Part shown: positions 17,588 through 26,836 of the stretch, in pieces
Layout of the letters: every line of letters starts with the position of its first letter
Position numbering within the stretch: position 1 is the stretch's first letter
Source of the DNA: an uncultured Candidatus Saccharibacteria bacterium
GTDB lineage: Bacteria > Patescibacteriota > Minisyncoccia > Phycocordibacterales > UBA9973
Length of the DNA stretch: 52,780 nucleotides
Assembly: GCA_964412965.1 (NCBI GenBank)
Contig: CAYPQU010000001.1
Span: 91,771-144,550, forward strand
Direction of reading: 5' to 3'
Notes under the pieces: generated by a model
What the model saw: the letters and a program-made list of their open reading frames with translations, nothing else
Databases searched by the model: none
What the model was told of the DNA's origin: nothing
Position numbers and translations under genes: made by a program

Positions 17588-18937
17588 TTACTTTAACATT
17601 ATTCTGATTTTTTCAATTTCTTGTAATAAAGATGGATCTGTTTTTAAATCCTCTTTAACTTTTAAATGGGAGTGAATTACAGTAGTATGGTCTCTGTCTC
17701 CTAACTTTTGTCCAATTAAAGGATAAGAAATATTAAAATCTTCTCTTAAAATATACATTGCAACCTGTCTAGCCCTAACAATTTCTTTTCTTCTTGTTTT
17801 ATCATATATAACACTCTCTGATAAATTGTAGTGATCAGCAATAACTTTAACTATATCAGCAATAGCAACTGATTTTTTAGGCTTAATATTATTCTTAATA
17901 AGATTTTTAACTTCAGTAATGGTTAAAGCCTTGTTTTTGAGTTGAGATTGACACAATACGGCATTTAAACTACCTTCTAGTTCTCTTATGTTACTATCAA
18001 GAGATTCTGCTAAGAAACTAATAATTTCAGGGTCTACAATACTGTTAGTTGATTCAAATTTTGCTTTAATAATTGCAATTCTAGATTCGTAATCTGGTTC
18101 TATTATTTGAACAGTCATTCCAGAAGCGAATCTTGATTGAAGTCTTTCTTCTAATCCTTGTATAAAATTAGGGTGTTTGTCTGAAGAAAAGATAATTTGT
18201 TTGTTGTTTTCATAAAGAGTATTAAAAAGATGAAATAGTTCTTCTTGTGTTTTGTCCATTTTTGAAATAAATTGAATGTCATCCATAATAAAAACATCAT
18301 ATTTTCGATACTTCTCTTTAAAAGCATTTGGATTTTTATTTTGAATAGAATTTATATAATCAATAGCAAATTTTTCTAAACTAACATAATAAACTCTTTT
18401 TTCTGGGTACTTAACTTTAATAGTATTACCAATTGATTGAATCATGTGTGTTTTTCCAAGACCAGTTCCGCCATAAACAAAGAAAGGGTTATAGTTTTTT
18501 CCAGGATCTTGAATTATTGCCTGAGCAACAGCATAAGCAAGTTCATTAAAAGGTCCTACGATAAAAGAATTAAAGGTATATTTGGGATTTAGATTGTCTT
18601 CCTTATTAATATACAAATCATTTAAAGGAAGTTCTTTGTTTAGATTCATTTTGTGGGCTACTTCTGTTTCCTTGCCCCCACTCCTCATTTCTTGTTTGTT
18701 GATAACATATTCAACTCCTCGAACATTTTCATTGTTACTAATTAGAGTTTTTAGTATTAGTTTGTGAAATTTATTATAAAGCCAGTCTTTAACAAATTCA
18801 TTAGGAACACCAATTTCGACTATTCCACCCTCTTCTTTTAAAATAGAGGTATTTTTAAACCAAGTCGTAAAATTGGCTTTAGAAATATTCATTTCTATTT
18901 CATTTAAACATTTATTCCAAAATTCTTTTTTATCCAT
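17588..18937 (-). CDS. dnaA: Chromosomal replication initiator DnaA
   Basis: LNPKYTFNSFIVG, YNPFFVYGGTGLGKTH, DDIQF, RLQSRF, NIRELEG, DRDHTTVIHS. Confidence 0.98.
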   Translation of the reverse strand: MDKKEFWNKCLNEIEMNISKANFTTWFKNTSILKEEGGIVEIGVPNEFVKDWLYNKFHKLILKTLISNNENVRGVEYVINKQEMRSGGKETEVAHKMNLNKELPLNDLYINKEDNLNPKYTFNSFIVGPFNELAYAVAQAIIQDPGKNYNPFFVYGGTGLGKTHMIQSIGNTIKVKYPEKRVYYVSLEKFAIDYINSIQNKNPNAFKEKYRKYDVFIMDDIQFISKMDKTQEELFHLFNTLYENNKQIIFSSDKHPNFIQGLEERLQSRFASGMTVQIIEPDYESRIAIIKAKFESTNSIVDPEIISFLAESLDSNIRELEGSLNAVLCQSQLKNKALTITEVKNLIKNNIKPKKSVAIADIVKVIADHYNLSESVIYDKTRRKEIVRARQVAMYILREDFNISYPLIGQKLGDRDHTTVIHSHLKVKEDLKTDPSLLQEIEKIRIMLK

Positions 18938-19034
18938 TTAATATTCTCTTAGGCTATTAAATAAAACCAATACAACCATAAGATTAATTATACATTTTTT
19001 ATAAAATCTAAAAAAATCAAAACCTTGATTAACC

Positions 19035-19054
19035 TGTTGATATCCTGTGGATAT
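19035..19054. promoter_or_regulatory. Two DnaA-box-like sites upstream of dnaA
   Basis: TGTTGATAT (19035-19043) and TGTGGATAT (19046-19054), reverse-orientation variants of TTATCCACA. Confidence 0.6.
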
Positions 19055-19070
19055 TTATTTTAGCCTGATA

Positions 19071-19099
19071 TTGCAATGTTTCCAAATATGTTATATATT
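19071..19099 (+). promoter_or_regulatory. rpmH operon promoter (leaderless geometry)
   Basis: TTGCAA-17 nt-TATATT, then 6 nt to the ATG. Confidence 0.6.
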
Positions 19100-19105
19100 C
19101 TTGGT

Positions 19106-19246
19106 ATGTCGCAAACATATCAACCAAACAGAAGAAAAAGAGCAAAAACTCACGGATTCTTAGTTCGAACCAAAACGAAAGATGGCAGAAAGATTAATAC
19201 TGCCCGACGTCGTAAGGGTAGAACCAATGTTTCAGTAAAAAAGTAA
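19106..19246 (+). CDS. rpmH: 50S ribosomal protein L34 (not in ORF track, 46 aa)
   Basis: Manual translation [46 protein letters not shown]; canonical position before rnpA. Confidence 0.96.
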   Translation: MSQTYQPNRRKRAKTHGFLVRTKTKDGRKINTARRRKGRTNVSVKK

Positions 19247-19247
19247 A

Positions 19248-19586
19248 ATGCTTCCCAAAAAAAAGCGAGTAAATAAGAAGGATTTTGAGTTTATAATAAA
19301 AAACGGAAAAACCTTATATTCCTCGCTTTTTTCTTTTTATTATATATATTCCTCGTTTCCCCACTATGCTTTTGTAGCTCCTAAAAAAATATTTAAAGGG
19401 GCTATTAAAAGAAATAAATACAAAAGGATTGGGTATAACTTACTAAGAGAAATGACCTTTCGTCAAGACATTTCTGGTATTTTTATGTATAAAAAAGAAG
19501 CTCTTTTGGCAACAAAAGAAGAGATTGATCAAAATATAAAATTTTTAATTAATAAAATACCCCAAAATGAGCAAAATTCTAATTAA
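19248..19586 (+). CDS. rnpA: Ribonuclease P protein component
   Basis: [20 protein letters not shown] (RNR motif), rpmH-rnpA-yidD-yidC synteny. Confidence 0.85.
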   Translation: MLPKKKRVNKKDFEFIIKNGKTLYSSLFSFYYIYSSFPHYAFVAPKKIFKGAIKRNKYKRIGYNLLREMTFRQDISGIFMYKKEALLATKEEIDQNIKFLINKIPQNEQNSN

Positions 19587-19773
19587 AATTATAGAGTTTT
19601 ATCAAAAAACACCTTTAAGATCACACAATTCTTGTAAGTTTATACCGACCTGTTCCGAATACACCAAGGAAGCCATATATAAATACGGTTCAACAAAAGG
19701 TTTATTTCTTGGATTTTGGAGAATTATCAAGTGTAACCCTTTTCAAAAAAACAAGTATGATCCTCTAAAATAA
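19567..19773 (+). CDS. yidD: Membrane protein insertion efficiency factor YidD
   Basis: [28 protein letters not shown]. Confidence 0.92.
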   Translation: MSKILIKIIEFYQKTPLRSHNSCKFIPTCSEYTKEAIYKYGSTKGLFLGFWRIIKCNPFQKNKYDPLK

Positions 19774-19805
19774 GACACAAAATTCATTTTGAATTTTGTG
19801 TCTTA
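19771..19805. terminator. Perfect 16-bp-stem hairpin between yidD and yidC
   Basis: TAAGACACAAAATTCA-TTT-TGAATTTTGTGTCTTA. Confidence 0.55.
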
Positions 19806-19824
19806 TGATATACAATGACTAGAT

Positions 19825-20574
19825 ATGATTAATCTATGGAATACTTTTTTATACGAACCAATTTATAATGCCCTTATTTTTATTATAAACAACGTTACTT
19901 TTGGAGATGTTGGTTTTGCTATCGTAATTGTTACAATCCTTGTTAAGGTTATTCTTTTCCCCTTAACTAAAAAATCAGCTCGTAGTCAAATCTTAATGAA
20001 AAAGATGGAGCCTGAAATAAAAAAGATAAAGCAAGATTATCCCAATAAAGAAGAGCAAGCCAAAAAAACCCTGGAACTCTATAAAAAGTACGGGACAAAT
20101 CCTTTCTCTGGTTGCCTTGTTGTCCTTTTGCAAATGCCGGTCATTTTTGCACTGTACTATGTCTTTTATGAAGGGCTAAAGATTGATGAAAGCCTTATAT
20201 ATTCATTTATCCAAATTCCTACGACACTCTCAACAAACTTTTTAGGTATTTTTGAATTGGGAGAAAAAAGCTTGTTTTTGGGTGTTTTAACTGGTTTAAG
20301 CCAGTTTATACAAGGATATTTAGCTTCACCTGTTAAAAATAAACAGATAGAAATTATAAAGGACAACGATTCGGTAAAAGACAAAAAGGCTGATTTTCAA
20401 GAACAGTTGTCCGATAGCATGCAAATGAATGTAAAATACATACTACCTGTATTTATTGGTTTTATCGCCTGGAAAATATCTGCTGCTGTGGCTTTATACT
20501 GGACAGTAAGCAACATTTTTACTATTCTACAAGAGTGGTATATAAGAAGAAAATTATCTAAAAATGTAATATAA
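19825..20574 (+). CDS. yidC: YidC/Oxa1 membrane protein insertase (short form)
   Basis: FAIVIVTILVKVILFPL, MKKMEPEIKKI, NPFSGCLVVLLQMPV, ALYWTVSNIFTILQ. Confidence 0.95.
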   Translation: MINLWNTFLYEPIYNALIFIINNVTFGDVGFAIVIVTILVKVILFPLTKKSARSQILMKKMEPEIKKIKQDYPNKEEQAKKTLELYKKYGTNPFSGCLVVLLQMPVIFALYYVFYEGLKIDESLIYSFIQIPTTLSTNFLGIFELGEKSLFLGVLTGLSQFIQGYLASPVKNKQIEIIKDNDSVKDKKADFQEQLSDSMQMNVKYILPVFIGFIAWKISAAVALYWTVSNIFTILQEWYIRRKLSKNVI

Positions 20575-20581
20575 TTAATTT

Positions 20582-21046
20582 ATGAAAGAATCCAAGATAA
20601 AAGAAATAATAGAGGAAATTTTTAGACTAACATCTTGTTCCATTTCTGCTCTAGATATAAAAAATGAGAATAATATGGTTTGGTGTGCAATAGAGACGCC
20701 AGACTCTAGATTTATGATTGGTCGTGAAGGAGAAACTCTTAAATCTTTAAATCATTTAATCCAAAAAATTTTAGAGAAAGATTTTGAAGAAAATGAAGCT
20801 AAAAATATTTTAATTGATATTAATGGTTATCAAAAGAAGCGTTTTGATAATTTAAGAAACATAGCTCATATGATGGCAGAGAGGGCAAAATACTTTAAAA
20901 GCAATATAGAGATTGATCCAATGCCTGCTTTTGAAAGAAGAATCATTCATCTTTTTTTGGAGAACGACAAGGAAATTAAAACAGAATCTGAAGGAGAAGG
21001 GGCAAATAGAAGAGTGGTGATCAAATATATAAATAATCAAAGATAA
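20582..21046 (+). CDS. jag: Jag/EloR-type KH-R3H RNA-binding protein (lacks N-terminal Jag domain)
   Basis: MIGREGETLKSL (KH), PMPAFERRIIH...TESEGEGANRRVVI (R3H); position after yidC. Confidence 0.85.
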   Translation: MKESKIKEIIEEIFRLTSCSISALDIKNENNMVWCAIETPDSRFMIGREGETLKSLNHLIQKILEKDFEENEAKNILIDINGYQKKRFDNLRNIAHMMAERAKYFKSNIEIDPMPAFERRIIHLFLENDKEIKTESEGEGANRRVVIKYINNQR

Positions 21047-21079
21047 AAAAACACCCGAAAATCGGGTGTTTTTTTATCT
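21041..21079. terminator. Bidirectional terminator between jag and the T4SS-like operon
   Basis: 18-bp perfect stem AGATAAAAAAACACCCGA / TCGGGTGTTTTTTTATCT. Confidence 0.88.
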
Positions 21080-22540
21080 AATATCTACTCCCCAGAGAGT
21101 GTAGTCTTTTTTGTTAATAAAGTAGATTGTGTTTTCTTCTTTGTTTATAGATAAATTATAACCATCAACAGGAGTTCCCTCAATAGAGTTTACATACGTA
21201 ATACTTTCGCCACTATCGGTATTAATTTTTACTAAGAAATCGTCAAAAGAAACAATTCCTTGATACCAAGAATCAGGATATTGGTTACCTTTTATTGTGT
21301 TAGGAACAAAACAATAGACATTTATACTATCTAAACTCCAGGTACATTTATCAGCTAGCCCATAAGAGTCTAGGTCTATGAATTTTCTACCTTCTTCGAT
21401 AAAGGCCATGAGTCTGGGGCCTTTATTTTCTGAAGAACTATAAAGAACTCTTTTCCCATCAGGGCTAATTTTTGTCGTTAAACCATTGATTCCACCAATA
21501 ACCTTCCTTAATGTTTTATTGGATTGACTTAATAAGTACATGTTTCCAGGGGCTACAAATGAGGGCTTCGTGGTTAGATAGATATTTCCTTTGTTGTCCC
21601 AATCTGACAACCACTCAGTAAATTGATGGTTAAAGATGTTTTGGCTGGCCCCAGTTTCAAAATTTCTAACAATTCCAGTGGTCGAATTATTGCTTTTTAC
21701 TAAATAAAAAAATCTACTTTGATCTTTTGATACACTAATGTCTGTAATATTTACGGGCAAATACTCCCCTGTTGGTTTACCAAGAGTTGCTAAAAATGTA
21801 TTTACGGTGTTTTCGTTTGATAAGTATCGATAAATTGTTGTATTCCCTTCTTTGTTAAAGAAAGCCTCATAAATTCTTGGTATGGTGGAATTAGATATTT
21901 TTTCTGAAGAACGATCTTTTTCTAACATTTTATATAGGTGTCCATTTTTTCTCTCCACATAGCGTATAGCTGGAAGCATTTCGTATGCTGCTTCCCCGGG
22001 TATTATTTTTGTTTCAGTAAAAGTGGGGGCTGTGTCTTTGTCTATTTTGCCTGTTACAGGAAGGCCTCTTTCTTTTTGATAGATCTTTAGGGCTTCTGTG
22101 GTAGCTTGGTCAATTACTCCGTTTTCTATTAGGGGTTTTAAAAGCGTTATGTTTTTGTTTAAGATTTGTTGAATTTTTGCAACCCCTTCTTTGGTGTTAG
22201 GACTAATTGGAAACTGTGTTTCTTTTGGCTCGAGTGAGTTTTCTATTAGAGATCTTTCTGTTGTTATAGACACTCCAGATACAGCAAAGTCTGTAATTTT
22301 AAATAGTCTAGATTTTTGCGTGGGTGTTTCTGTCTCTGTTCCTAAATCGATACCCTCACCTGGACCTGTTGGTTGCCCAGTGTTCTCACTAGTGCCGAAG
22401 GGATTAAATTGTTGATACCAAGGTAATTCTGCTTCGGGGGTATTTTTACCCCCCCTGTTAAACCAGAAAAATCCAAGTAGTATTAGAACACCTGCTATTA
22501 TAAATGTGACTATAAAAATTTTTTTCTGTTTTGAAGACAT
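21074..22540 (-). CDS. Membrane-anchored protein with peptidoglycan-binding domain and C-terminal beta-propeller-like region
   Basis: N-terminal TM; VAKIQQIL...ATTEALKIYQKERGLPVTGKID (PG_binding_1 pattern); SVSKDQSRFFY and ISPDGKRVLY propeller-type repeats; start at MSSKQKK preferred over 22573. Confidence 0.7.
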   Translation of the reverse strand: MSSKQKKIFIVTFIIAGVLILLGFFWFNRGGKNTPEAELPWYQQFNPFGTSENTGQPTGPGEGIDLGTETETPTQKSRLFKITDFAVSGVSITTERSLIENSLEPKETQFPISPNTKEGVAKIQQILNKNITLLKPLIENGVIDQATTEALKIYQKERGLPVTGKIDKDTAPTFTETKIIPGEAAYEMLPAIRYVERKNGHLYKMLEKDRSSEKISNSTIPRIYEAFFNKEGNTTIYRYLSNENTVNTFLATLGKPTGEYLPVNITDISVSKDQSRFFYLVKSNNSTTGIVRNFETGASQNIFNHQFTEWLSDWDNKGNIYLTTKPSFVAPGNMYLLSQSNKTLRKVIGGINGLTTKISPDGKRVLYSSSENKGPRLMAFIEEGRKFIDLDSYGLADKCTWSLDSINVYCFVPNTIKGNQYPDSWYQGIVSFDDFLVKINTDSGESITYVNSIEGTPVDGYNLSINKEENTIYFINKKDYTLWGVDIR

Positions 22541-22545
22541 ATAAA

Positions 22546-23961
22546 TTATTGACCTGTTGTTGACCAGTGCCAAGGTTCTTTCCCTGACTTAAGATTAATA
22601 AGTAAGGGCCCGGCGTTTTTTGATAGCCACTTAAAACAGGTATTTTCTTTATTGTTAATTGGAGCACCGTCGCAGCGGAAATCTATAGCCTTACCAGACT
22701 CGTGCATAGAATAACCAGGGCGAGCTGTTTCGGGATTACATTGATTTGACGGAGTGTTGTCATCTGGACAACCATGCCTAATCCTAAGAGCCTTTTGTTG
22801 TGCTGTGCTTCTAGAGCCAAATCCTCCGAGTTTTACACCTTCGGTTTTAGCTTTTTCTAATAATTTTGTTAAATCTGCTGCTATCGTTTTACAAACATTA
22901 ATAGGAGATGGGGTTCCAGGAGCTATTACGTCTACGAAACCTTCTGGACAAAGTATTTTGCTTCCTGAAGACGAGTATTCTGACCATGGAACGTTTTCTG
23001 TTTCTGGATCTATTTTTATCTCGACGGCTCTTATGTTCACGCCCCCTCCACCAAGCAATCTAGGGTCAATTGTATTTAAAAGTGCATAAGCACTAAGAGC
23101 AATCAAAAGTCCAAACAAAGCATTTTTCATTTGTTCTCTCCATTTAGTTTTTCCAAAAATGGATTCTTCCCCCATATATAGGATACCAGCAACTACCAGC
23201 ATTACTACAGCTAATGCTCCACACAAGGCTATTCCTATCACAAAAATCTTGTTTAAATAGTCACCAACATTTTCTGGCGCTTCATTGAATCCTGCAAAAG
23301 GTGCTAGTAGTGTATATTTTTCCCAACTTGGTTTACTTTTTGCAACCCTAGGGTTTACTTGTATTATGCCATTGTCGGTGTCTTGGAAATAATAAGTATC
23401 TTCTTCAAGAGGTTTGCCGTTTTTATCGGAAATGAAACAGTTTTGCCATGTAGTGTCAAATCGAGACTTGTCGGCAAATGGATTATTTGAAGATGCGTTC
23501 ATACAAGAAGCTTCGTCCATAAACACCTCGCCACTAAGGTCTTTTTTGTCAGATCGATAATAACTCCAATATTTTGTGATACTATCTTGCGTGGTTGTAG
23601 TTTGTGTTGTTCCTGTGGTGGAGGCCTTAGGATTATTTGTAGTTGTGGTTGTAGTTTGTGTTGTTCCTGTGGTGGAGGCCTTAGGATTATTTGTAGTTGT
23701 GGTTGTAGTTTGTGTTGTTCCTGTGGTGATATTTTTAGGAATTTCTGGTGTTTTTTGCAAAACACAAGGACCAGCGTCTTGTCTTAGCGGTTTAGCTAAA
23801 AATTTATTTCGCTCGACATTACATTCTGTTTCTGTATTGTATGTGTGGATTGTTTTTATTGGTGATTCAGTAAAAGTCCAAGTATCAGCAGAAAAAACAT
23901 CTTTTTCTAAAACAGCAAAAAGGATTATAAAGATTGCTAGTGTTGTAATTATATTCTTCAT
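22546..23961 (-). CDS. CPR T4SS pilin (TrbC/VirB2-like) domain fused to an M15 (VanY-like) peptidase, with Thr-rich linker
   Basis: Signal peptide; GALAVVMLVVAGILYM...MKNALFGLLIALSAYALLNTIDP pilin hairpin; RSTAQQ, SMHESGKAID (SxHxxGxAxD) and EPWH M15 motifs. Confidence 0.8.
   Translation of the reverse strand: MKNIITTLAIFIILFAVLEKDVFSADTWTFTESPIKTIHTYNTETECNVERNKFLAKPLRQDAGPCVLQKTPEIPKNITTGTTQTTTTTTNNPKASTTGTTQTTTTTTNNPKASTTGTTQTTTTQDSITKYWSYYRSDKKDLSGEVFMDEASCMNASSNNPFADKSRFDTTWQNCFISDKNGKPLEEDTYYFQDTDNGIIQVNPRVAKSKPSWEKYTLLAPFAGFNEAPENVGDYLNKIFVIGIALCGALAVVMLVVAGILYMGEESIFGKTKWREQMKNALFGLLIALSAYALLNTIDPRLLGGGGVNIRAVEIKIDPETENVPWSEYSSSGSKILCPEGFVDVIAPGTPSPINVCKTIAADLTKLLEKAKTEGVKLGGFGSRSTAQQKALRIRHGCPDDNTPSNQCNPETARPGYSMHESGKAIDFRCDGAPINNKENTCFKWLSKNAGPLLINLKSGKEPWHWSTTGQ
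23591..23729. repeat. 54-bp in-frame tandem repeat (~2.6 identical copies) encoding TTGTTQTTTTTTNNPKAS
   Basis: Unit starts at 23591, 23645 and 23699. Confidence 0.92.
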
Positions 23962-23962
23962 A

Positions 23963-24970
23963 TTATAGATTTACATTAAAAACATTGGTAACTTTTTGGA
24001 ATAACTCCTGAAGATTTTCGATTGTTAAGCCTATTTCTACATATCCATCTCTAGATGCTGGCCTTATGGATATTTCGTTTTTCTTAGGCGTGGATACCAT
24101 TTCCCCGTTAACATACCAAGTGTAATCAAAAAGATTATCGTTGTTACCAGTTGCTAGATTGTAAGGAGAAGCAACAAAGGTCGCCTGATCTTCCTCCAAA
24201 CTGAAATCTGTCGTGATGCCTCTATTATAAAGGATTCCATCTGTGGGGGATTTTTTATAAAAAATTAAAGATGGATTATATAATGGAATCCCAACTTTTT
24301 TTGTCGCATTGTAATTACCAGAAACAGAAGATGCCACTACTTCAATACTGTTTATTGTCTCAAACGCACTATTTTTGAAATAATAAGAATTCATATTATA
24401 TCCAGAACTTTCTTCTTGTGTCTTATTGCTATTTTTCCATGTATAATCAATCTTTCCAATTCCAGAAGTGATAGTATTAGAATTAGGTAATGCTACTACT
24501 TTGATTACTCCACCCCTAGAAGGTAAAGATTTTCCTTTATAAAAAGGAGGTGTGTACCCATCAAACGATTCCCACAGTAAATCGATATCTGATGGACTAA
24601 TAACAATCTTCTTTTTTATTGCTCCAGATTGTTCAGCTGGATTAATAGTGATATCAAAACTAATAGACAAATCTGGTCCTGGTGCATTAAATGTGATATT
24701 TTTTTTCCCTATACCAGATTGTGTCATGCCATTGTTTGACTGCCAGGTAATAAAAGCTTTATCGATATCAGTAGCATAGCTATATAATCTTATAGTAACC
24801 TCCTCGTATGGCTCAGGATTTGTTGGTATCATTTCGTAATTAATTTCATTTTCTTGCACGGTAATTTGAGAATCTGCAAAATGAACACCCTGAAAAAAGA
24901 TGATTCCTAGTGTAAAAATGTTAATTAAAAAAGTTTTTAATTTAAGCTTACCCACTATTCTATTATACAT
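23963..24970 (-). CDS. Hypothetical exported beta-rich (Ig-like) protein of the T4SS-like cluster
   Basis: Signal/TM at the N-terminus; PTNPEPYEEVTIRL, PPFYKGKSLP, YTW motifs; co-oriented and closely packed. Confidence 0.6.
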   Translation of the reverse strand: MYNRIVGKLKLKTFLINIFTLGIIFFQGVHFADSQITVQENEINYEMIPTNPEPYEEVTIRLYSYATDIDKAFITWQSNNGMTQSGIGKKNITFNAPGPDLSISFDITINPAEQSGAIKKKIVISPSDIDLLWESFDGYTPPFYKGKSLPSRGGVIKVVALPNSNTITSGIGKIDYTWKNSNKTQEESSGYNMNSYYFKNSAFETINSIEVVASSVSGNYNATKKVGIPLYNPSLIFYKKSPTDGILYNRGITTDFSLEEDQATFVASPYNLATGNNDNLFDYTWYVNGEMVSTPKKNEISIRPASRDGYVEIGLTIENLQELFQKVTNVFNVNL

Positions 24971-24999
24971 TAATATTAACTTGTGAACAATTTAAACCT

Positions 25000-26832
25000 T
25001 TATGCTCCACCAGAGTTCAATAGTTCATCTTTGGCCTTTTTAATTGCTAAAATTTGAGAAGGATCAGACGTAATTATCTGGTCTTCAGTATATGAAGCAA
25101 TTGTTTTGATTGCTACGTGCTTAAGTCCCGCGAAAAAGATACCCTCCCCCACATTGGCCTCTAACAAAAGATATTTTTCTTCATCTGTTAAGTTGAATGT
25201 TTTTTGTAAAACATCAACAGTAGAAGGAGATTGTTTTAAAAGAAGTTGCATTGATGAGTTTGTAACTATTGGGACTCCATATGGGCTTCTCATGAAGTCC
25301 CCAACATCTTGGGTAATAGTTGCTAAACCAAGCCAATATTTTCTCCCTCTTTTTGCAATTGAATACAAGAACGAGGCTGTGTCATCTGATTTCATCATCC
25401 ACCAAGCTTCATCCACCACCAGAAGTCTCTTTCTTATATTTTTTCTAACAGCGTTCCATATGTAGTGTGTCACAATATACATTGCGACTGGTTTTAAATC
25501 GTCCTCCATGTCTCGAACAGAAAAAACGATAAACTTTCTATTAATATCAACATTTGATGGTTGGTTTAAGAATGAAGACCAAGAACCCCTCGTGTATTTA
25601 ACCAGTCTTTGCATTAAAGAATCACTTCCCTCCATGCCAGATAGCACTATTTCAAAGTCTGACAACATTGGAGGTTCAATGTTTGAAAAGTCTGATTCGG
25701 CAGTGATATCTTTTAGTGCGTATGTTTCAGTAATAGCATGATCTATTATTGAGTCTTCTTCGGGGGTCAATCCTCCAAGCATAATTCTAAACAAGCCAAC
25801 AAGATTGATTACGTTAGCTCTTAATACATCAGCCCCTGTTTCGTCTCCTGTTGGGATCGGAAGGTCAAACGGATTTATGTGGTGATCTGAAGAAAGAGAT
25901 ATGTTAAAAAACCTTCCACCAACTGCTTCTGCTAAATACTCGTATTCTTTTTCAGGGTCAATTACAATAACTTCTGTATCAAACATCAGTGTTCTTAAAA
26001 TTTCTAGTTTTGTTGCGTATGATTTTCCAGCACCAGAAGTTGCAAAAGTAATAGAGTTATAGTTTGGAAGCGAAAATCTGTCAAGTAAAATAAGGCTAGA
26101 ATTGTGTCTGTTGACCCCATAAAGTATTCCCTTGTCTTCTGTAAGATCAAAAGAAACAAATGGGAAAATACTAGAAAGTGGCTCTGTGTTTAATTTTTGA
26201 CTAATAGTAAGAACATCACTTCCAATAGGTATAGAGCTCCTAAATCCTTCGTATTGTTGAAATAATGCAGGCTTTAGGTAGACAAGTTTTGATTCCAGTA
26301 TTGATTTAATTTCATTTTCAATCTTAAATAAATCATTTTCACTATCTGCGTAAACAGTTATATAAAGACTAACATCAAACATTTTTTCTTGAGCTTGCAT
26401 CAAATTATCTCGCAATTCTTCAAGATCTCTGTTGGCAGTGTCTAGCATGGGATCTCTAACCAGCCCTTTTGATTCTCGAACAGATATCTGGCTTTGAACC
26501 TCTGCCACCTTTTTTTGAAAAGCTCTTAATATTTCTGAAGTGTCAATTGGGTGGACAAAAATAGATATATCAAAAACTTTATCTAGGTTGATTATTGGAG
26601 AAAACCAGTTATCACTTAGGTATCTTGGATATGAAATAACAAAAAAGGTTCGAGCTATTTTGTCACCAAGATTCAGTGATTTCGGGGTTATTTGCATTGC
26701 TGAAGGCGCAATAATATCTTGGAGCTCTAGGGCTGCAGCTTTGTATATTTCGTTAGGCAGAATAGGCATAACAACCTTTTGGTCTATTATGGATTCTGGT
26801 TTTTTGTTAAATAATGAAGAAAATATTCCCAT
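25000..26832 (-). CDS. virB4: VirB4/TraC-like ATPase
   Basis: FATSGAGKSY Walker A, VIDPEKEY, INPFDL, LLVVDEAW Walker B, GRKYWLGLATITQ. Confidence 0.88.
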   Translation of the reverse strand: MGIFSSLFNKKPESIIDQKVVMPILPNEIYKAAALELQDIIAPSAMQITPKSLNLGDKIARTFFVISYPRYLSDNWFSPIINLDKVFDISIFVHPIDTSEILRAFQKKVAEVQSQISVRESKGLVRDPMLDTANRDLEELRDNLMQAQEKMFDVSLYITVYADSENDLFKIENEIKSILESKLVYLKPALFQQYEGFRSSIPIGSDVLTISQKLNTEPLSSIFPFVSFDLTEDKGILYGVNRHNSSLILLDRFSLPNYNSITFATSGAGKSYATKLEILRTLMFDTEVIVIDPEKEYEYLAEAVGGRFFNISLSSDHHINPFDLPIPTGDETGADVLRANVINLVGLFRIMLGGLTPEEDSIIDHAITETYALKDITAESDFSNIEPPMLSDFEIVLSGMEGSDSLMQRLVKYTRGSWSSFLNQPSNVDINRKFIVFSVRDMEDDLKPVAMYIVTHYIWNAVRKNIRKRLLVVDEAWWMMKSDDTASFLYSIAKRGRKYWLGLATITQDVGDFMRSPYGVPIVTNSSMQLLLKQSPSTVDVLQKTFNLTDEEKYLLLEANVGEGIFFAGLKHVAIKTIASYTEDQIITSDPSQILAIKKAKDELLNSGGA

Positions 26833-26836
26833 ATTA

